Assembly (NCBI GenBank): GCA_963821525.1
Contig: CAWGED010000019.1
Coordinates: 928,001 to 992,000, forward strand
Origin: an uncultured Gemmatimonadales bacterium
Lineage (GTDB): Bacteria > Gemmatimonadota > Gemmatimonadetes > Gemmatimonadales > GWC2-71-9
Direction: 5' to 3'
DNA length: 64,000 nt
Below the pieces are notes generated by a model. It had not been told where the DNA came from, ran no database searches, and worked only from the letters and a program-made list of their open reading frames with translations. The stretch's first letter is position 1, and every line of letters starts with the position of its first letter. A program made the translations under genes and the position numbers. Below, piece by piece: positions 1-10,145 of this stretch.

Positions 1-669
1 TCACTCACCCGCCGGTTGACGGCAGAAGCCCTCGGCACCTTCAGTTTCGTATTCATCGGATGCGCCTCGGTTACCGCTGCTGGAATCATCGGTGGCGACG
101 GCGGGGTCCTCGGCGTCGCATTCGCGCACGCGGTCGCATTGTCGGTCATGATCACGGCCACGATGAACATCTCGGGTGGCCATTTGAATCCGGCCGTGAC
201 GCTCAGCCTGCTCAGCGTGCGCCGCATCGATGCCAAATCCGCTCTCCTTTATATAGTCGCACAGTTGGGCGGTGCCGCCCTGGGCGCTCTGCTGGTCAAG
301 CTCCTCTACGGCCACAACTTCACTCATCCGATCACCCTCGGTACTCCAAGCCTGGCCAACACCATGACCTGGGGCACCGCGATCGGAATCGAAGCAGTCT
401 TGACCTTCTTCCTCGTGTCAGCGGTCTTCGGCACCGCCGTGTCGCCCGACGCCCCCAAGGTGGGAGGGTTCGGCATCGGCATGGTTCTGCTATTTGACAT
501 CATCGCCGGCGGCGCCTTGACCGGTGCAGTCATGAACCCCGCTCGCGCGTTTGGGCCGGCACTCATCTCGGGTACCTGGTACGCCCAACCGGTCTGGTGG
601 ATCGGTCCTATACTGGGCGGGCTTGTCGCGGCGCAGATCTGGGAGAGGGTGCTGCTGAAGAAGGACTAG
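1..669 (+). CDS. MIP family channel (aquaporin-like), probably 5'-truncated by the window edge
   Basis: Two NPA boxes (SGGHLNPAVT, MNPARAFGP) and about six hydrophobic helices; the frame is open from base 1 (SLTRRLTAEALGTF). Confidence 0.93.
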   Translation, partial: SLTRRLTAEALGTFSFVFIGCASVTAAGIIGGDGGVLGVAFAHAVALSVMITATMNISGGHLNPAVTLSLLSVRRIDAKSALLYIVAQLGGAALGALLVKLLYGHNFTHPITLGTPSLANTMTWGTAIGIEAVLTFFLVSAVFGTAVSPDAPKVGGFGIGMVLLFDIIAGGALTGAVMNPARAFGPALISGTWYAQPVWWIGPILGGLVAAQIWERVLLKKD

Positions 670-689
670 AAGAGGAAGTAATAATGGCG

Positions 690-777
690 AGAATTGAAGA
701 TTGAAGATTGCAGATTGAAGATTTGATGAACAGTTGTTTTTTCAATCTGCAATCTGAAATCAGCAATCTTCAATTCT
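690..777. repeat. Inverted heptamer-array element (AGATTGA/AGATTGC units) between convergent genes
   Basis: Left arm AGAATTGAAGATTGAAGATTGCAGATTGAA (690-719) is complementary to right arm TTCAATCTGCAATCTGAAATCAGCAATCTTCAATTCT (741-777). Confidence 0.85.
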
Positions 778-895
778 CCTCCCTGTTCACCCGTCTGGCC
801 CTCCCCCACAACACCAGCACATAACCCAGGTAGATCACGGTGGCCACGACGTAGGCGGCGACCATGTATCCGCCGTTGCTTGGGGTCTCAGGCAT
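770..895 (-). CDS. ccmD: Heme exporter protein D (CcmD-like), 41 aa, absent from the ORF track
   Basis: Manual translation MPETPSNGGYMVAAYVVATVIYLGYVLVLWGRARRVNREEN*: YxxAAY motif, one TM helix, basic tail. The start overlaps the ccmC end. Confidence 0.8.
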   Translation of the reverse strand: MPETPSNGGYMVAAYVVATVIYLGYVLVLWGRARRVNREEN

Positions 896-1583
896 GGCCC
901 CGCTCCTCGGCCTCCTGGGCCAGTCTGATTCCGTAAGCCAGCGTCACCAATCCGACATACAGAAGCGTGAATGCGGCGAAGGAGATCAAGAGCGTCCGCA
1001 GCATCTCCGGATCGAGCGATGGAGCGCTCGGCTTGAGCACGATCGGGATCGGGTGTAGCCCCCGAAACAGATAGACGCTCAGGTGAATGAAGGGCACCAG
1101 GACCATCGCCATGATGCCAACGACGGCCGAGAGTCGTGCCCGCTCGGTGGGCACCCGGATGGCGGATCGGAGGACCTGGTATCCGAGCAGGAGGAAGAAC
1201 AGAAAGAGCGTCAGCGACAGGCGCGCGTCCCAGGTCCACCAGGCGCCCCAGATCGGCTTTCCCCAGATGGGACCGGTAGTGAGCACCACGGCACAGAACA
1301 CGGTTCCGACTTCGGCCGAAGTCGCGGCGAAGCGGTCGAAGTGCTGGTCGCCCAACCAGAGATAGAGGATGCTGGCGAGACCGGTCAGGCCAACCGCCAG
1401 GAACGCACACCACGCCGATGGCGCATGGATGTAGAAGATTTTCTGAGCCAGTCCCTGCCTGATCTCGGTCGGGGTAAAACGCTGGGCGAGGACCACCATG
1501 CCGGCCAGCGCCAGGAGGGCTAGCAGGGTGAGCCGCCAGCCTCGGCGGACCAGGATTTGGGCCCGGATGGGATCGGCGTTCAT
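888..1583 (-). CDS. ccmC: Cytochrome c biogenesis heme exporter CcmC
   Basis: Trp-rich WWD motif WGKPIWGAWWTWDARL with flanking histidines (YIHAP, FIHLSV, LHP). Confidence 0.95.
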   Translation of the reverse strand: MNADPIRAQILVRRGWRLTLLALLALAGMVVLAQRFTPTEIRQGLAQKIFYIHAPSAWCAFLAVGLTGLASILYLWLGDQHFDRFAATSAEVGTVFCAVVLTTGPIWGKPIWGAWWTWDARLSLTLFLFFLLLGYQVLRSAIRVPTERARLSAVVGIMAMVLVPFIHLSVYLFRGLHPIPIVLKPSAPSLDPEMLRTLLISFAAFTLLYVGLVTLAYGIRLAQEAEERGHA

Positions 1584-2260
1584 TCGTCTACTACAGCAGA
1601 GAATAGAAGCAGAGAGACCGTGATAAATGCCACATCGTAGAGTACCAGCAACCTAAGCCCTCCCGCCACCTCGCTCAACGCACGGCCCGTCAGAAGCCGC
1701 ATCGTAATCTGCACTGCAAAGATGAGAGGCGGCACCATGAAGGGGAGGAGCAGAACCGGCAGCATCAGCTCGGCAAAGCGGGTTCGCACTACGATTGCGC
1801 TGAAGAGAGTTCCCACCGAAACCAGTCCTGCCGTGGCCAGAAGAAGGGTGACCACCAGCCCCGGCAGCGCCTGACTCAGATCGACGTTGAAAAAAAGCAC
1901 GAACAAGGGCAGCGCGATGACCTCGACCAGGAGCACGAAGGTCAGGTTCGCCAGGTACTTCCCCAGGAACAGCACCTCCCGGGAGACGGGGGCCAAAAGC
2001 AAGCCGTCAAAGGCGTGATTCTCCCGCTCGACGGCAAACCCGCGGTTCATCGCCACCACCGCGGCAAACGCCACCGTCACCCAGAGGATGCCCGGCGCGA
2101 GATCGATCGTAGCCACTGCGGTCGGGTCGCGCGCGAAGTTGAACACGACGAGCAGCAGAGCCGCGAACATCGCCGCCGAGAGGAAACTGGTGCGGCTCCG
2201 CAATTCGGCACGGAGATCCTTGGCCGCAATCGCCAGTGCGAGCCGCAGGCTCTCAACCAC
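1580..2260 (-). CDS. ccmB: Heme exporter membrane protein CcmB
   Basis: KDLRAELR N-terminus, FxxE..DGLLLAP and LLLPFMVP motifs; lies between ccmA and ccmC. Confidence 0.93.
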   Translation of the reverse strand: MVESLRLALAIAAKDLRAELRSRTSFLSAAMFAALLLVVFNFARDPTAVATIDLAPGILWVTVAFAAVVAMNRGFAVERENHAFDGLLLAPVSREVLFLGKYLANLTFVLLVEVIALPLFVLFFNVDLSQALPGLVVTLLLATAGLVSVGTLFSAIVVRTRFAELMLPVLLLPFMVPPLIFAVQITMRLLTGRALSEVAGGLRLLVLYDVAFITVSLLLFSAVVDE

Positions 2261-2969
2261 GCGCGAGCTCCTGGTAACGGGTCACGAACTGTTCGAGCGA
2301 CGCGCCTCGCGGTTCCTGCAGGGCCCACTGGCCAGCTCGAAGGACACCTACTCGAGTCGCCAGATCCCAGGCTTCGTCCGGATGATGGGTGACGAGAACG
2401 ACGGCCCGACCGCCGAGACACCGCTCGCGCAGGAGGGTACGAAGAAGCTGCGCCGAGCCCGTATCGAGTCCGGTGAAGGGCTCGTCGAGTAGCAGCACGG
2501 CAGGATCATGGATCAGAGCGCGCGCGATGGCCACCCGCTGCTCCAGCCCGCGGCTCAGGTCCCGGGGCAGGTCCCGGAGTCGCTCAGCCAGACCGAATCC
2601 CGCGAGCGCCTCGCGGGCCTTGTGCTCCGGCTGGGCCAGACCATACAGCCGCGCGGCAAAAGTGAGATTTTCGAGAAGCGTGAGGTCGTCGTAAAGCAGC
2701 GAGTGGTGGGAGAGAAACCCGATGGGACGGCGGCTCTCGGGTTCGCTCGCACGAAGCCTTTGGCCGGCGATCCGCACCTCGCCGGCGCTCGGCTTGATGA
2801 GCCCGGCCAGCAGACGGAGCAAAGTTGTCTTCCCCGCCCCGTTGGGACCCAGCACCATCAACACCTCGCCGGCGCCGAGAGTGAGGTGGACGCCGGAAAC
2901 GGCGCGAACGGGCCCGTAGGCGCGCTCCAGACCGACCGCCTCGAGCGCCGGCCGGTCAGCGGAGAGCAT
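2253..2969 (-). CDS. ccmA: Heme ABC exporter ATPase CcmA
   Basis: Walker A GPNGAGKT, signature LSRG, Walker B LLLDEP; translationally coupled to ccmB. Confidence 0.92.
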   Translation of the reverse strand: MLSADRPALEAVGLERAYGPVRAVSGVHLTLGAGEVLMVLGPNGAGKTTLLRLLAGLIKPSAGEVRIAGQRLRASEPESRRPIGFLSHHSLLYDDLTLLENLTFAARLYGLAQPEHKAREALAGFGLAERLRDLPRDLSRGLEQRVAIARALIHDPAVLLLDEPFTGLDTGSAQLLRTLLRERCLGGRAVVLVTHHPDEAWDLATRVGVLRAGQWALQEPRGASLEQFVTRYQELARG

Positions 2970-3324
2970 CGATCCGGTCGCCGAGCTCGGATAGATCGAA
3001 GGGCTTTACCAGATATCCGCTGTGCGGCAGGTCCAGCACTTTGAGCTGGGGTTTGAGGCTGACGTAGGCGGAAGTGATAATGACGGGAAGGGCCGGCTGG
3101 ATTTCCCGAAGACGGCGGATGAGCTCGATGCCGTCGGTGTCGGGAAGCCGCATATCGAGTACGGCAACGTCAGGCGGCTGCTCCTGGGCCAACCGAATCG
3201 CTTCGGCACCGGTTGCCGCAAACGAAGCGGCGTACCGGGCGGCAAAGTACCGCTCGTAGCTCAGGCGAATAGCCGGCTCGTCCTCGACAAAGAGAACCCG
3301 CCGGCGCGCGGGGGGGTGAGCCAT
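2956..3324 (-). CDS. Single-domain response regulator (receiver)
   Basis: VLFVEDE, AVLDMRLP (phospho-Asp), ITSA and LVKPF motifs; ATG at 3324. Confidence 0.9.
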   Translation of the reverse strand: MAHPPARRRVLFVEDEPAIRLSYERYFAARYAASFAATGAEAIRLAQEQPPDVAVLDMRLPDTDGIELIRRLREIQPALPVIITSAYVSLKPQLKVLDLPHSGYLVKPFDLSELGDRIDALR

Positions 3325-3341
3325 CCCCCCCAATATAGCCC

Positions 3342-3653
3342 TTAGACCGCGGCCTCCAGCTGGAACAGGTCATCCAGTTTGGTGAGTACCAGCAGGAATC
3401 GAAGTTCGTCGTTCGCATTCCTGAGCACCACCACTTGGCGCCGCTCCGAAGCCCGGCGCTGCACCAGCATGAGCGCTCCGAGACCCGCCGAATCCACCTG
3501 CCGGGTACCGCTCAGGTCGATGATCAGGCGACCGGTACGCTCGGGCAGCTGCTCGAGCAGGGTCACCGCCGCCTGGCGGAACTCGGTGCGGGACTCCAGA
3601 CCGAGATGCTCGGGTGCTGCCAACTCCAGGGACGTCGTTTGCGTGGTGAACAT
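3342..3653 (-). CDS. STAS-domain anti-sigma-factor antagonist
   Basis: 103 aa with the IIDLSG..VDSAGLG phospho-Ser motif of the SpoIIAA/RsbV family. Confidence 0.9.
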   Translation of the reverse strand: MFTTQTTSLELAAPEHLGLESRTEFRQAAVTLLEQLPERTGRLIIDLSGTRQVDSAGLGALMLVQRRASERRQVVVLRNANDELRFLLVLTKLDDLFQLEAAV

Positions 3654-3877
3654 CGTGTCCTCCCACGCCCGAATACACAGAAGCGCGATCGTTCGCCGCC
3701 TGCTACTTCCGCGGGACGCTCGCGCTTTCGCGCTGCACCCGCCTTCGGCACCGAGCTATCTCCTGCGCCACTCGCGCATGAGACCTCTAGTTTTGCGGCC
3801 CCGGATCACTCCGGGTGTGCTATTATCGGGCGAGTCAATTGTTTTGGAACCCTTGTGGGTTCCGGCCATAACAATTG

Positions 3878-3893
3878 GCTAGTCCAGTGCCAA
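3878..3893 (-). promoter_or_regulatory. Candidate sigma54 (-24/-12) promoter for STAS-receiver-ccm
   Basis: Minus strand reads TTGGCAC-TGGAC-TAGC (GG-N10-GC), with an AT-rich, possibly IHF-bound tract just upstream (3900-3930). Confidence 0.6.
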
Positions 3894-4074
3894 ACTACCT
3901 TAAGTTGTTATAATATAGCCACTTACAGATTTGCATTCGGTGCAGATTCGGCCTGTTTTGCCTAGCACTACGCAGCAGTTCAGGGAGCTTTGCTAGCCAC
4001 CAAAATACCCCGGTTCCTGCTCCCCTGCGGCCCATTGTTCCTTACCTTTCCCTTTCCTTCAGCCCGCCCGTCTC

Positions 4075-6030
4075 ATGACCGACCAGATCGACACCCTGCT
4101 CTCCGAAACCCGGCGTTTCCCGCCGCCTGCGGAGTTCGCCAAGGCCGCGGCAGCGAAGAGCGAAATCTACGGAGCAGCCCAGCGCGATCGCCTGCGGTTC
4201 TGGGAAGACCAGGCCCGCGCGCTGGAATGGATCAAGCCCTGGAAGACGGTGCTCGAGTGGACACTGCCCCACGCGAAGTGGTTTGTGGGCGGGCAGCTCA
4301 ATGTGTCCAGCAACTGCCTGGACCGCCACCTGTCGGGACCCCGGCGTAACAAGGCAGCGATCATCTGGGAGGGCGAGCCGGGAGACCGGCGCGTACTGAC
4401 CTACTGGGAGCTGCACCGGGAGGTGAATCGCTGCGCCAATGCGCTCAAGGCACTGGGAGTCAAACGGGGAGACCGGGTGGCGATCTACCTGCCGATGATC
4501 CCCGAAGCTGCAATCGCGATGCTGGCCTGCTCCCGGATCGGCGCGGTGCATTCGGTGGTCTTCGGCGGCTTTTCCTCCGAATCCTTGCGCGACCGGATCA
4601 ACGATGCCCAGGCGGTTGCGCTCATCACGGCAGACGGCGGTTATCGCCGCGGGAGCATGCTGCCCCTCAAACGCTTCGCCGACGAGGCGATCGCCGAGTG
4701 TCCCTCGATTCGCCATGTGGTGGTAGTCAAGCGCCAAGGCGCCGCTTCGGGGGACGAGTCGTTCGCCGAAATGAAGGAAGGCCGGGACCACTGGTGGCAT
4801 CGCCTGCTCGACCAGGCGGAGCCGCGCTGTCCCCCGGAAGCAATGGAGGCGGAGGATCTGTTGTTCATCCTCTATACCTCGGGGACGACCGGGAAGCCCA
4901 AGGGCATTGTGCACACGACCGGCGGCTATCTCACCCAGGCCGCCGCGACGACACGGTACGTCTTCGACCTGCGGGAAGACGACGTCTTCTGGTGCACCGC
5001 CGACATCGGGTGGGTGACCGGCCATTCCTACGTGGTTTACGGACCACTGGCCAATGGTGCCACCGTCGTGATGTACGAAGGCGCCCCCGATTGGCCGGAA
5101 CGAGACCGCTTCTGGAAGATTTGCGCCCGCCATGGAGTGACGGTGTTCTACACGGCGCCCACCGCCATCCGCGCCTTCATGAAGTGGGGTGAGTCCCACC
5201 CGGCGAAGCACGACCTCTCCATGCTTCGACTGCTGGGAACCGTCGGCGAACCGATCAATCCCGAGGCCTGGATCTGGTACCACAAGAACATCGGCGGAGA
5301 ACGCTGCCCGATCGTCGATACGTGGTGGCAGACTGAGACCGGCGGCATCATGATCACCCCGCTTCCCGGGATCACGACCACAAAGCCAGGTTCGGCGACC
5401 ATCCCCTTCCCCGGCATCAGCGCCGAGCTGGTGGATCAGACCGGCAAACCTCTCGCGAAGGGCGGCGGACTGCTCACACTGACTGAGCCGTGGCCCGGAA
5501 TGCTCCGCACCATCTACGGAGACGACGAGCGCTATCAGCAGGTCTACTGGAGTAAGTTCCCCGGAAGGTACTTCGCGGGCGACGGCGCGAAGCTGGACGA
5601 AGACGGGTACTGGTGGCTCCTGGGGCGGGTGGATGACGTCCTCAATGTGGCGGGTCACCGGATCGGGACGATGGAGGTGGAGAGCGCACTGGTTGACCAC
5701 CCGGCTGTAGCCGAAGCGGCCGTCGTCGGCAAGGCGCACGAACTCAAGGGTCAGGCACTGGCGGCCTTCGTCACACTCAAGGAAGGGCACAAGGCAACCA
5801 GCAGTCTCAAGGATGATCTGAAGGATCACGTGGTGAAGAAGATCGGGGCGATCGCGAGACCGGACGACGTGCTCTTTTCAGCCGATCTGCCCAAGACCCG
5901 CAGCGGAAAAATCATGCGCCGGCTGCTCAAGGACATCGCCGAAGGACGAGCCCTGGGAGACACCACGACCCTGGCTGATCCTGCGGTGGTCAACCGTCTC
6001 AGGGATCAGTACGAGGCGGAGGAGTCGTAG
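4075..6030 (+). CDS. acs: Acetyl-CoA synthetase
   Basis: [37 protein letters not shown] and [12 protein letters not shown] motifs. Confidence 0.97.
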   Translation: MTDQIDTLLSETRRFPPPAEFAKAAAAKSEIYGAAQRDRLRFWEDQARALEWIKPWKTVLEWTLPHAKWFVGGQLNVSSNCLDRHLSGPRRNKAAIIWEGEPGDRRVLTYWELHREVNRCANALKALGVKRGDRVAIYLPMIPEAAIAMLACSRIGAVHSVVFGGFSSESLRDRINDAQAVALITADGGYRRGSMLPLKRFADEAIAECPSIRHVVVVKRQGAASGDESFAEMKEGRDHWWHRLLDQAEPRCPPEAMEAEDLLFILYTSGTTGKPKGIVHTTGGYLTQAAATTRYVFDLREDDVFWCTADIGWVTGHSYVVYGPLANGATVVMYEGAPDWPERDRFWKICARHGVTVFYTAPTAIRAFMKWGESHPAKHDLSMLRLLGTVGEPINPEAWIWYHKNIGGERCPIVDTWWQTETGGIMITPLPGITTTKPGSATIPFPGISAELVDQTGKPLAKGGGLLTLTEPWPGMLRTIYGDDERYQQVYWSKFPGRYFAGDGAKLDEDGYWWLLGRVDDVLNVAGHRIGTMEVESALVDHPAVAEAAVVGKAHELKGQALAAFVTLKEGHKATSSLKDDLKDHVVKKIGAIARPDDVLFSADLPKTRSGKIMRRLLKDIAEGRALGDTTTLADPAVVNRLRDQYEAEES

Positions 6031-6091
6031 GGGCGGAACGTCAGAGCGGAACATCAACCAGAAAAGCATATCAATAAGCGAGGGGCTACTT

Positions 6092-6541
6092 ATGCGATTC
6101 ACTCGACTAGCAATTCTCCTGGCGGTCTCGGCCATCACGGTTTCCGCGGTTTCTGCGGTTCCCGCCTCTCCCGCCCTGCCCGAAATGACGGTTTACAAGA
6201 CCCCGACATGCAGATGCTGTTCCAAATGGGTTGACCACGTGAAGGCGGCGGGCTTCACGGTCAAGACGGTTGATCAGCCTGATCTCTCGGAGCTGAGAGC
6301 AGACGTCGGAGTGACCAAGGCGCTCTCCTCCTGCCACACGGCGCTGGTCGGTGGATATGTGATCGAGGGTCACGTCCCCGCGGCGGACATCCAGCGGTTG
6401 CTCGAGGAGAAGCCGAAGATCGTCGGGCTTGCGGCTCCCGGCATGCCCGGCGCGGGACCAGGCATGGATACCAATAAGAATCCCTACGATGTGCTGGCGT
6501 TCGACGCGAGCGGGAAGACCACGGTGTGGGCGCATCATTAG
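6092..6541 (+). CDS. DUF411/CopG-like periplasmic metal-binding protein
   Basis: Signal peptide plus KTPTCRCC, SCHTA, IEGHVP and PGMP motifs. Confidence 0.88.
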   Translation: MRFTRLAILLAVSAITVSAVSAVPASPALPEMTVYKTPTCRCCSKWVDHVKAAGFTVKTVDQPDLSELRADVGVTKALSSCHTALVGGYVIEGHVPAADIQRLLEEKPKIVGLAAPGMPGAGPGMDTNKNPYDVLAFDASGKTTVWAHH

Positions 6542-6547
6542 GGCTGG

Positions 6548-6708
6548 CTGTTAGCTGTTAGCTGTTAGCTCTTGGCGATTAGGCTGTGAACCGTAAGCCC
6601 GAAGCCCACAAGCTGTAGACTCGAACGGCCCTACAGGAATGAGGGCCGTTTCTTGGCTTATGGCTAATCGCTAATAGCTAACCGCTCACCGCTCACCGCT
6701 CACCGCTA
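6548..6708. repeat. Inverted heptamer-array element with a central hairpin between convergent genes
   Basis: (GCTGTTA)3 left arm; right arm GCTAATC-GCTAATA-GCTAACC-(GCTCACC)3; central stem AACGGCCCT...AGGGCCGTT (6624-6650). Confidence 0.8.
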
Positions 6709-8634
6709 GAACTGAATCTGCGCCCCCATTTCTACTACGCGGTTGGGCGGTAAGCCGAAGAAGGCGGTTGCGGTCTGCGCATTCCGGCTCATCAGGACGA
6801 AAAGGCGTTTTCGCCACATGGCCATCCGCTTGCGCGGTGGGGCCCCGTCCTCTGCCGTGGTGGCACGCGGCGCTACCGGGATCAACGACTCCCGTCCAAG
6901 GTAAAACGTCGTTTCCAGCGGACGGACCGTAACCCCACGCGACTGAATCAGCCGCAGTGCCGCCGGCACATCCGGTGACTCCATGAAGCCATAGTGGGCC
7001 CGCAGCGCGTAGAACTTCTGGCCCAGGTCGGTGAACTCGAGCCGCTCTTCCTCCGGGACCTGAGGAATCTCCTCGGTCGTGACCGAGAGCAGGATGACCT
7101 GCTGATGCAGCACCTTGTTGTGTTTGACATGGTGCAGCAGCACCGGCGGAGCTCCACCGGCGTTCGAGGTCATGAACACCGCGGTGCCCGGGACCCGGGT
7201 CGGAATCCGTTTCGCGACGTCCCCCAAAAACAGATCCATGGGGAGCGAAATCTCCTCCATGATCTCGTTGAGTCGCTGCCGGCCCTGCTTCCAGGTGCTC
7301 ATCAAGGTGTAGATCACCAAGGCGAGAACCAGGGGGAACCAGCCACCCTGCTCCACCTTGATCAGGTTCGCCGATAGAAAGGCGAGGTCCACCACCAGGA
7401 ACAACGCGGTGAGCGCCCCGCTTTGCAGCCGGCTCCAACCCCACCGTTCCCGCGTCACCACGTAGAACAGGAGGGTCGTGATCGTCATCGTCCCGGTCAC
7501 CGCAATGCCGTAGGCCGAGGCCAGATGGGACGAGGTCTTGAAGCTCGCCACCAGCGCGATGCAGGCGACCATCAGCCACCAGTTCACCTCCGGGATGTAG
7601 ATCTGGCCCCGCTCGGTATACGAGGTGTGTTTGATGGTGACTCTGGGACAGTAGCCCAGTTGAGCCGCCTGCTGGGTCAGTGAAAAGGCACCCGAGATGA
7701 GGGCCTGGCTGGCGACGATCGCGGCGGCGGTGGCCACTACCACCATCGGGTAGAGAACGCTGCGGGGCACCAGGCCGTAGAACGGGTTGCTAGCGGCTTC
7801 CGGCTGGGTCAGCAGCAGCGCCCCCTGCCCGAAGTAGTTGATCATCAGGGCCGGCAGGACGAGGCTGAACCAGGCAACCCGGATCGGGCGCTTTCCGAAA
7901 TGCCCCATGTCGGCATAAAGCGCTTCGCCGCCGGTCACGACCAGCACGACCGATCCCAGGATGAGAAATCCCTGGACCCCGTCGCGCAGGAAAAACTCCA
8001 CCGCGTACCACGGATTCATCGCTCGCAGCACCGATGGATAGCGCGCAATCCCTCCCAGCCCGAGCAGCGTGATCGAGATAAACCACACGATCATGATAGG
8101 CCCGAAGACCCGTCCCACCCGCGCCGAACCGTGACCCTGAAACATGAACAACACGACGAGGATGCCAATCGTGATGACCCAAACCAGGTGATCCAATGAC
8201 GAGGTGGCGACCTTGAGTCCTTCAACCGCGCCCAGCACCGAAATGGCGGGTGTGATCACTCCATCGCCATACAGCAGCGCAGCACCGATCAGGCCCAGCG
8301 TGACAAGCACCCACCGGCTGTGGCCTTCCTGGCGAGGCCGGATGAGGGCCAGAAGGGCCACAATTCCGCCTTCGCCGCGGTTGTCGGCCTTCATGACGCA
8401 GAGGATGTACTTGAAGGAGACGATGAAATTGAGAGACCAGAAGATCAGCGAGAGGACGCCGAAGACGTTGTCGTTGGTCAGGGGAATGCTATGGGCCCCC
8501 GTGAAACACTCCTTGAGGGCGTACAGCGGGCTGGTGCCGATGTCGCCGTAGACAACCCCAAGAGCGGCCAGGGAGAGCGCGGCAAGCGCCCGTCCGCGTG
8601 CCGGCGTGCCGCCTGGCGCGGCGCCGTGGCTCAC
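6706..8634 (-). CDS. kup: KUP/HAK/KT potassium transporter
   Basis: GVVYGDIGTSPLY, GEALYADMGHFG and GQIYIP motifs; GTG start at 8634 overlaps the VKOR stop (GTGA). Confidence 0.96.
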   Translation of the reverse strand: MSHGAAPGGTPARGRALAALSLAALGVVYGDIGTSPLYALKECFTGAHSIPLTNDNVFGVLSLIFWSLNFIVSFKYILCVMKADNRGEGGIVALLALIRPRQEGHSRWVLVTLGLIGAALLYGDGVITPAISVLGAVEGLKVATSSLDHLVWVITIGILVVLFMFQGHGSARVGRVFGPIMIVWFISITLLGLGGIARYPSVLRAMNPWYAVEFFLRDGVQGFLILGSVVLVVTGGEALYADMGHFGKRPIRVAWFSLVLPALMINYFGQGALLLTQPEAASNPFYGLVPRSVLYPMVVVATAAAIVASQALISGAFSLTQQAAQLGYCPRVTIKHTSYTERGQIYIPEVNWWLMVACIALVASFKTSSHLASAYGIAVTGTMTITTLLFYVVTRERWGWSRLQSGALTALFLVVDLAFLSANLIKVEQGGWFPLVLALVIYTLMSTWKQGRQRLNEIMEEISLPMDLFLGDVAKRIPTRVPGTAVFMTSNAGGAPPVLLHHVKHNKVLHQQVILLSVTTEEIPQVPEEERLEFTDLGQKFYALRAHYGFMESPDVPAALRLIQSRGVTVRPLETTFYLGRESLIPVAPRATTAEDGAPPRKRMAMWRKRLFVLMSRNAQTATAFFGLPPNRVVEMGAQIQF

Positions 8635-9068
8635 TGCGACAGCGAACCAGGTGGTGCGGCCCTGCGGCGCCAGTCGAGCAGGGCCACTATGAAGATCAGC
8701 GTGATGATGACGGCCGAGCCCACGCACCAGCGGCAGATGGCCTTGATGACGAACAGCTCGAGGTAGGTCAGATAGATCGTGAAGGCCAGCCCTACCCCGG
8801 ACAGGATTGGCAGGAGGCGAGAGCTGATCCCGGCCACTGGTCGCCGCAGCATGTCCATGCTCAGGACCAGGAGGACGAGATACCCTATCACTCCGTAGAG
8901 CGCCACTTCCAAACCGAGAAAGCGGCTGAACGGACTGGTCTGAACGGTTTCACATCCTCCGGTCCCGCAGGCGAGCGTGCCGATCCGGCCGATCTTGTAC
9001 AGATACAGGTAAAGCGACACGAAGAAGCCAGCCAGGCTCAGCAGGGCCGCGGCCATTCGGTACTTCAT
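8631..9068 (-). CDS. Vitamin K epoxide reductase family disulfide-bond formation protein
   Basis: Loop Cys pair (ACGTGGC), CRWC active site and four TM helices; coupled to a DsbA gene. Confidence 0.92.
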   Translation of the reverse strand: MKYRMAAALLSLAGFFVSLYLYLYKIGRIGTLACGTGGCETVQTSPFSRFLGLEVALYGVIGYLVLLVLSMDMLRRPVAGISSRLLPILSGVGLAFTIYLTYLELFVIKAICRWCVGSAVIITLIFIVALLDWRRRAAPPGSLSQ

Positions 9069-9736
9069 GGCTTCGCCGCGGGCGCCGGGCTCAAGGAGTC
9101 TACCAGCTTCTTGATTTCGTCATACGCCATCCGTCCTGGATAGAGCCGGCCGCCGATCAGGAAGGTAGGCGTCGACGTCACGCCTACCGCGACACCTTCA
9201 CGCGAGCTGGCTTCGATCCTCCCGGCATACTTCTTCGCCTCCATACAGGCATCGTACTTCGCCACATCGAGGCCGACCGCTTTGGCATAATCCCGGAAGA
9301 TTCCGTTAGGGTCGCTCTTGGTAGTCCAATCCGGGGTCCAGGAATAGATCCGGTGGTGCTGCTCCCAGTACTTCCCCTGCTCGTCCGCACACGCCGCGGA
9401 ATGGGCGGCGACCCGGGTGTGCCGGTGAATCTGGTCCAGCGGAAAATCCCGATAACGCCAGCGCACCCGGCCGGTCTGAATGAGGCGTTCCTCGACCGAA
9501 GGCATCTGCACCGTCTCGAAGTCCTGGCAGGCTGGACACTGATAGTCGGCGTATTCGGTGATCTCGATCGGCGCCGAATCCGAGCCCAGGAAGTAGCCGC
9601 GAAACCCGGCCGTGTCGGCCGGGAGGACCTGTACGTTGGCGGGGATGCTGATCGTCGGCCGCCGTACCACCAGGTAGCCGATCACCGCCAGACCCGCCAC
9701 CCCAAGAACTCCCAGGATAGTGTAGAAGCGCTTCAT
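9065..9736 (-). CDS. Membrane-anchored DsbA-family thioredoxin
   Basis: EYADYQCPAC active site, cis-Pro STPTF and an N-terminal TM anchor; ATGA overlap with the upstream ORF. Confidence 0.92.
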   Translation of the reverse strand: MKRFYTILGVLGVAGLAVIGYLVVRRPTISIPANVQVLPADTAGFRGYFLGSDSAPIEITEYADYQCPACQDFETVQMPSVEERLIQTGRVRWRYRDFPLDQIHRHTRVAAHSAACADEQGKYWEQHHRIYSWTPDWTTKSDPNGIFRDYAKAVGLDVAKYDACMEAKKYAGRIEASSREGVAVGVTSTPTFLIGGRLYPGRMAYDEIKKLVDSLSPAPAAKP

Positions 9737-10029
9737 TTCGCCCGCCGCCATGGTTGGTCGTCCTCCGGCTCGTCGAATGGGTTGCCGCCCCGTGCAGCCT
9801 CGTCCACGATCCGCCGGCTTTCGGCGATTTCGGGCGTGTCGTAGGTACTTCGCACTTCATAATGAAACAATTCGCTGCGAACGTCTCCCAGCCGCTTCAA
9901 TAACTCCGGTACAGCATCGAGCAGCTGATCGGAGCTATCGAGCTCTGCTATTCGGGCAGCGAGGGCCCGCAGCAATTCCAACAGCTGCTTGCGACGGGCG
10001 TCGCCGTACACCTCATCATGCTCTGGCAT
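9733..10029 (-). CDS. Hypothetical helical protein
   Basis: 98-aa ORF from MPEHDEVY, coupled to dsbA; no family recognised. Confidence 0.7.
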   Translation of the reverse strand: MPEHDEVYGDARRKQLLELLRALAARIAELDSSDQLLDAVPELLKRLGDVRSELFHYEVRSTYDTPEIAESRRIVDEAARGGNPFDEPEDDQPWRRAK

Positions 10030-10145
10030 GGCGAAGAATCTACAATGGCCGGTGGAACCAAGGGAGGAACCGGGAGTTTGCTCCACCGAGTCAGTCAAGT
10101 TATATTCCCGTCGCACTTTAAGGCACCCAAAGGAGAGCACTTAGA

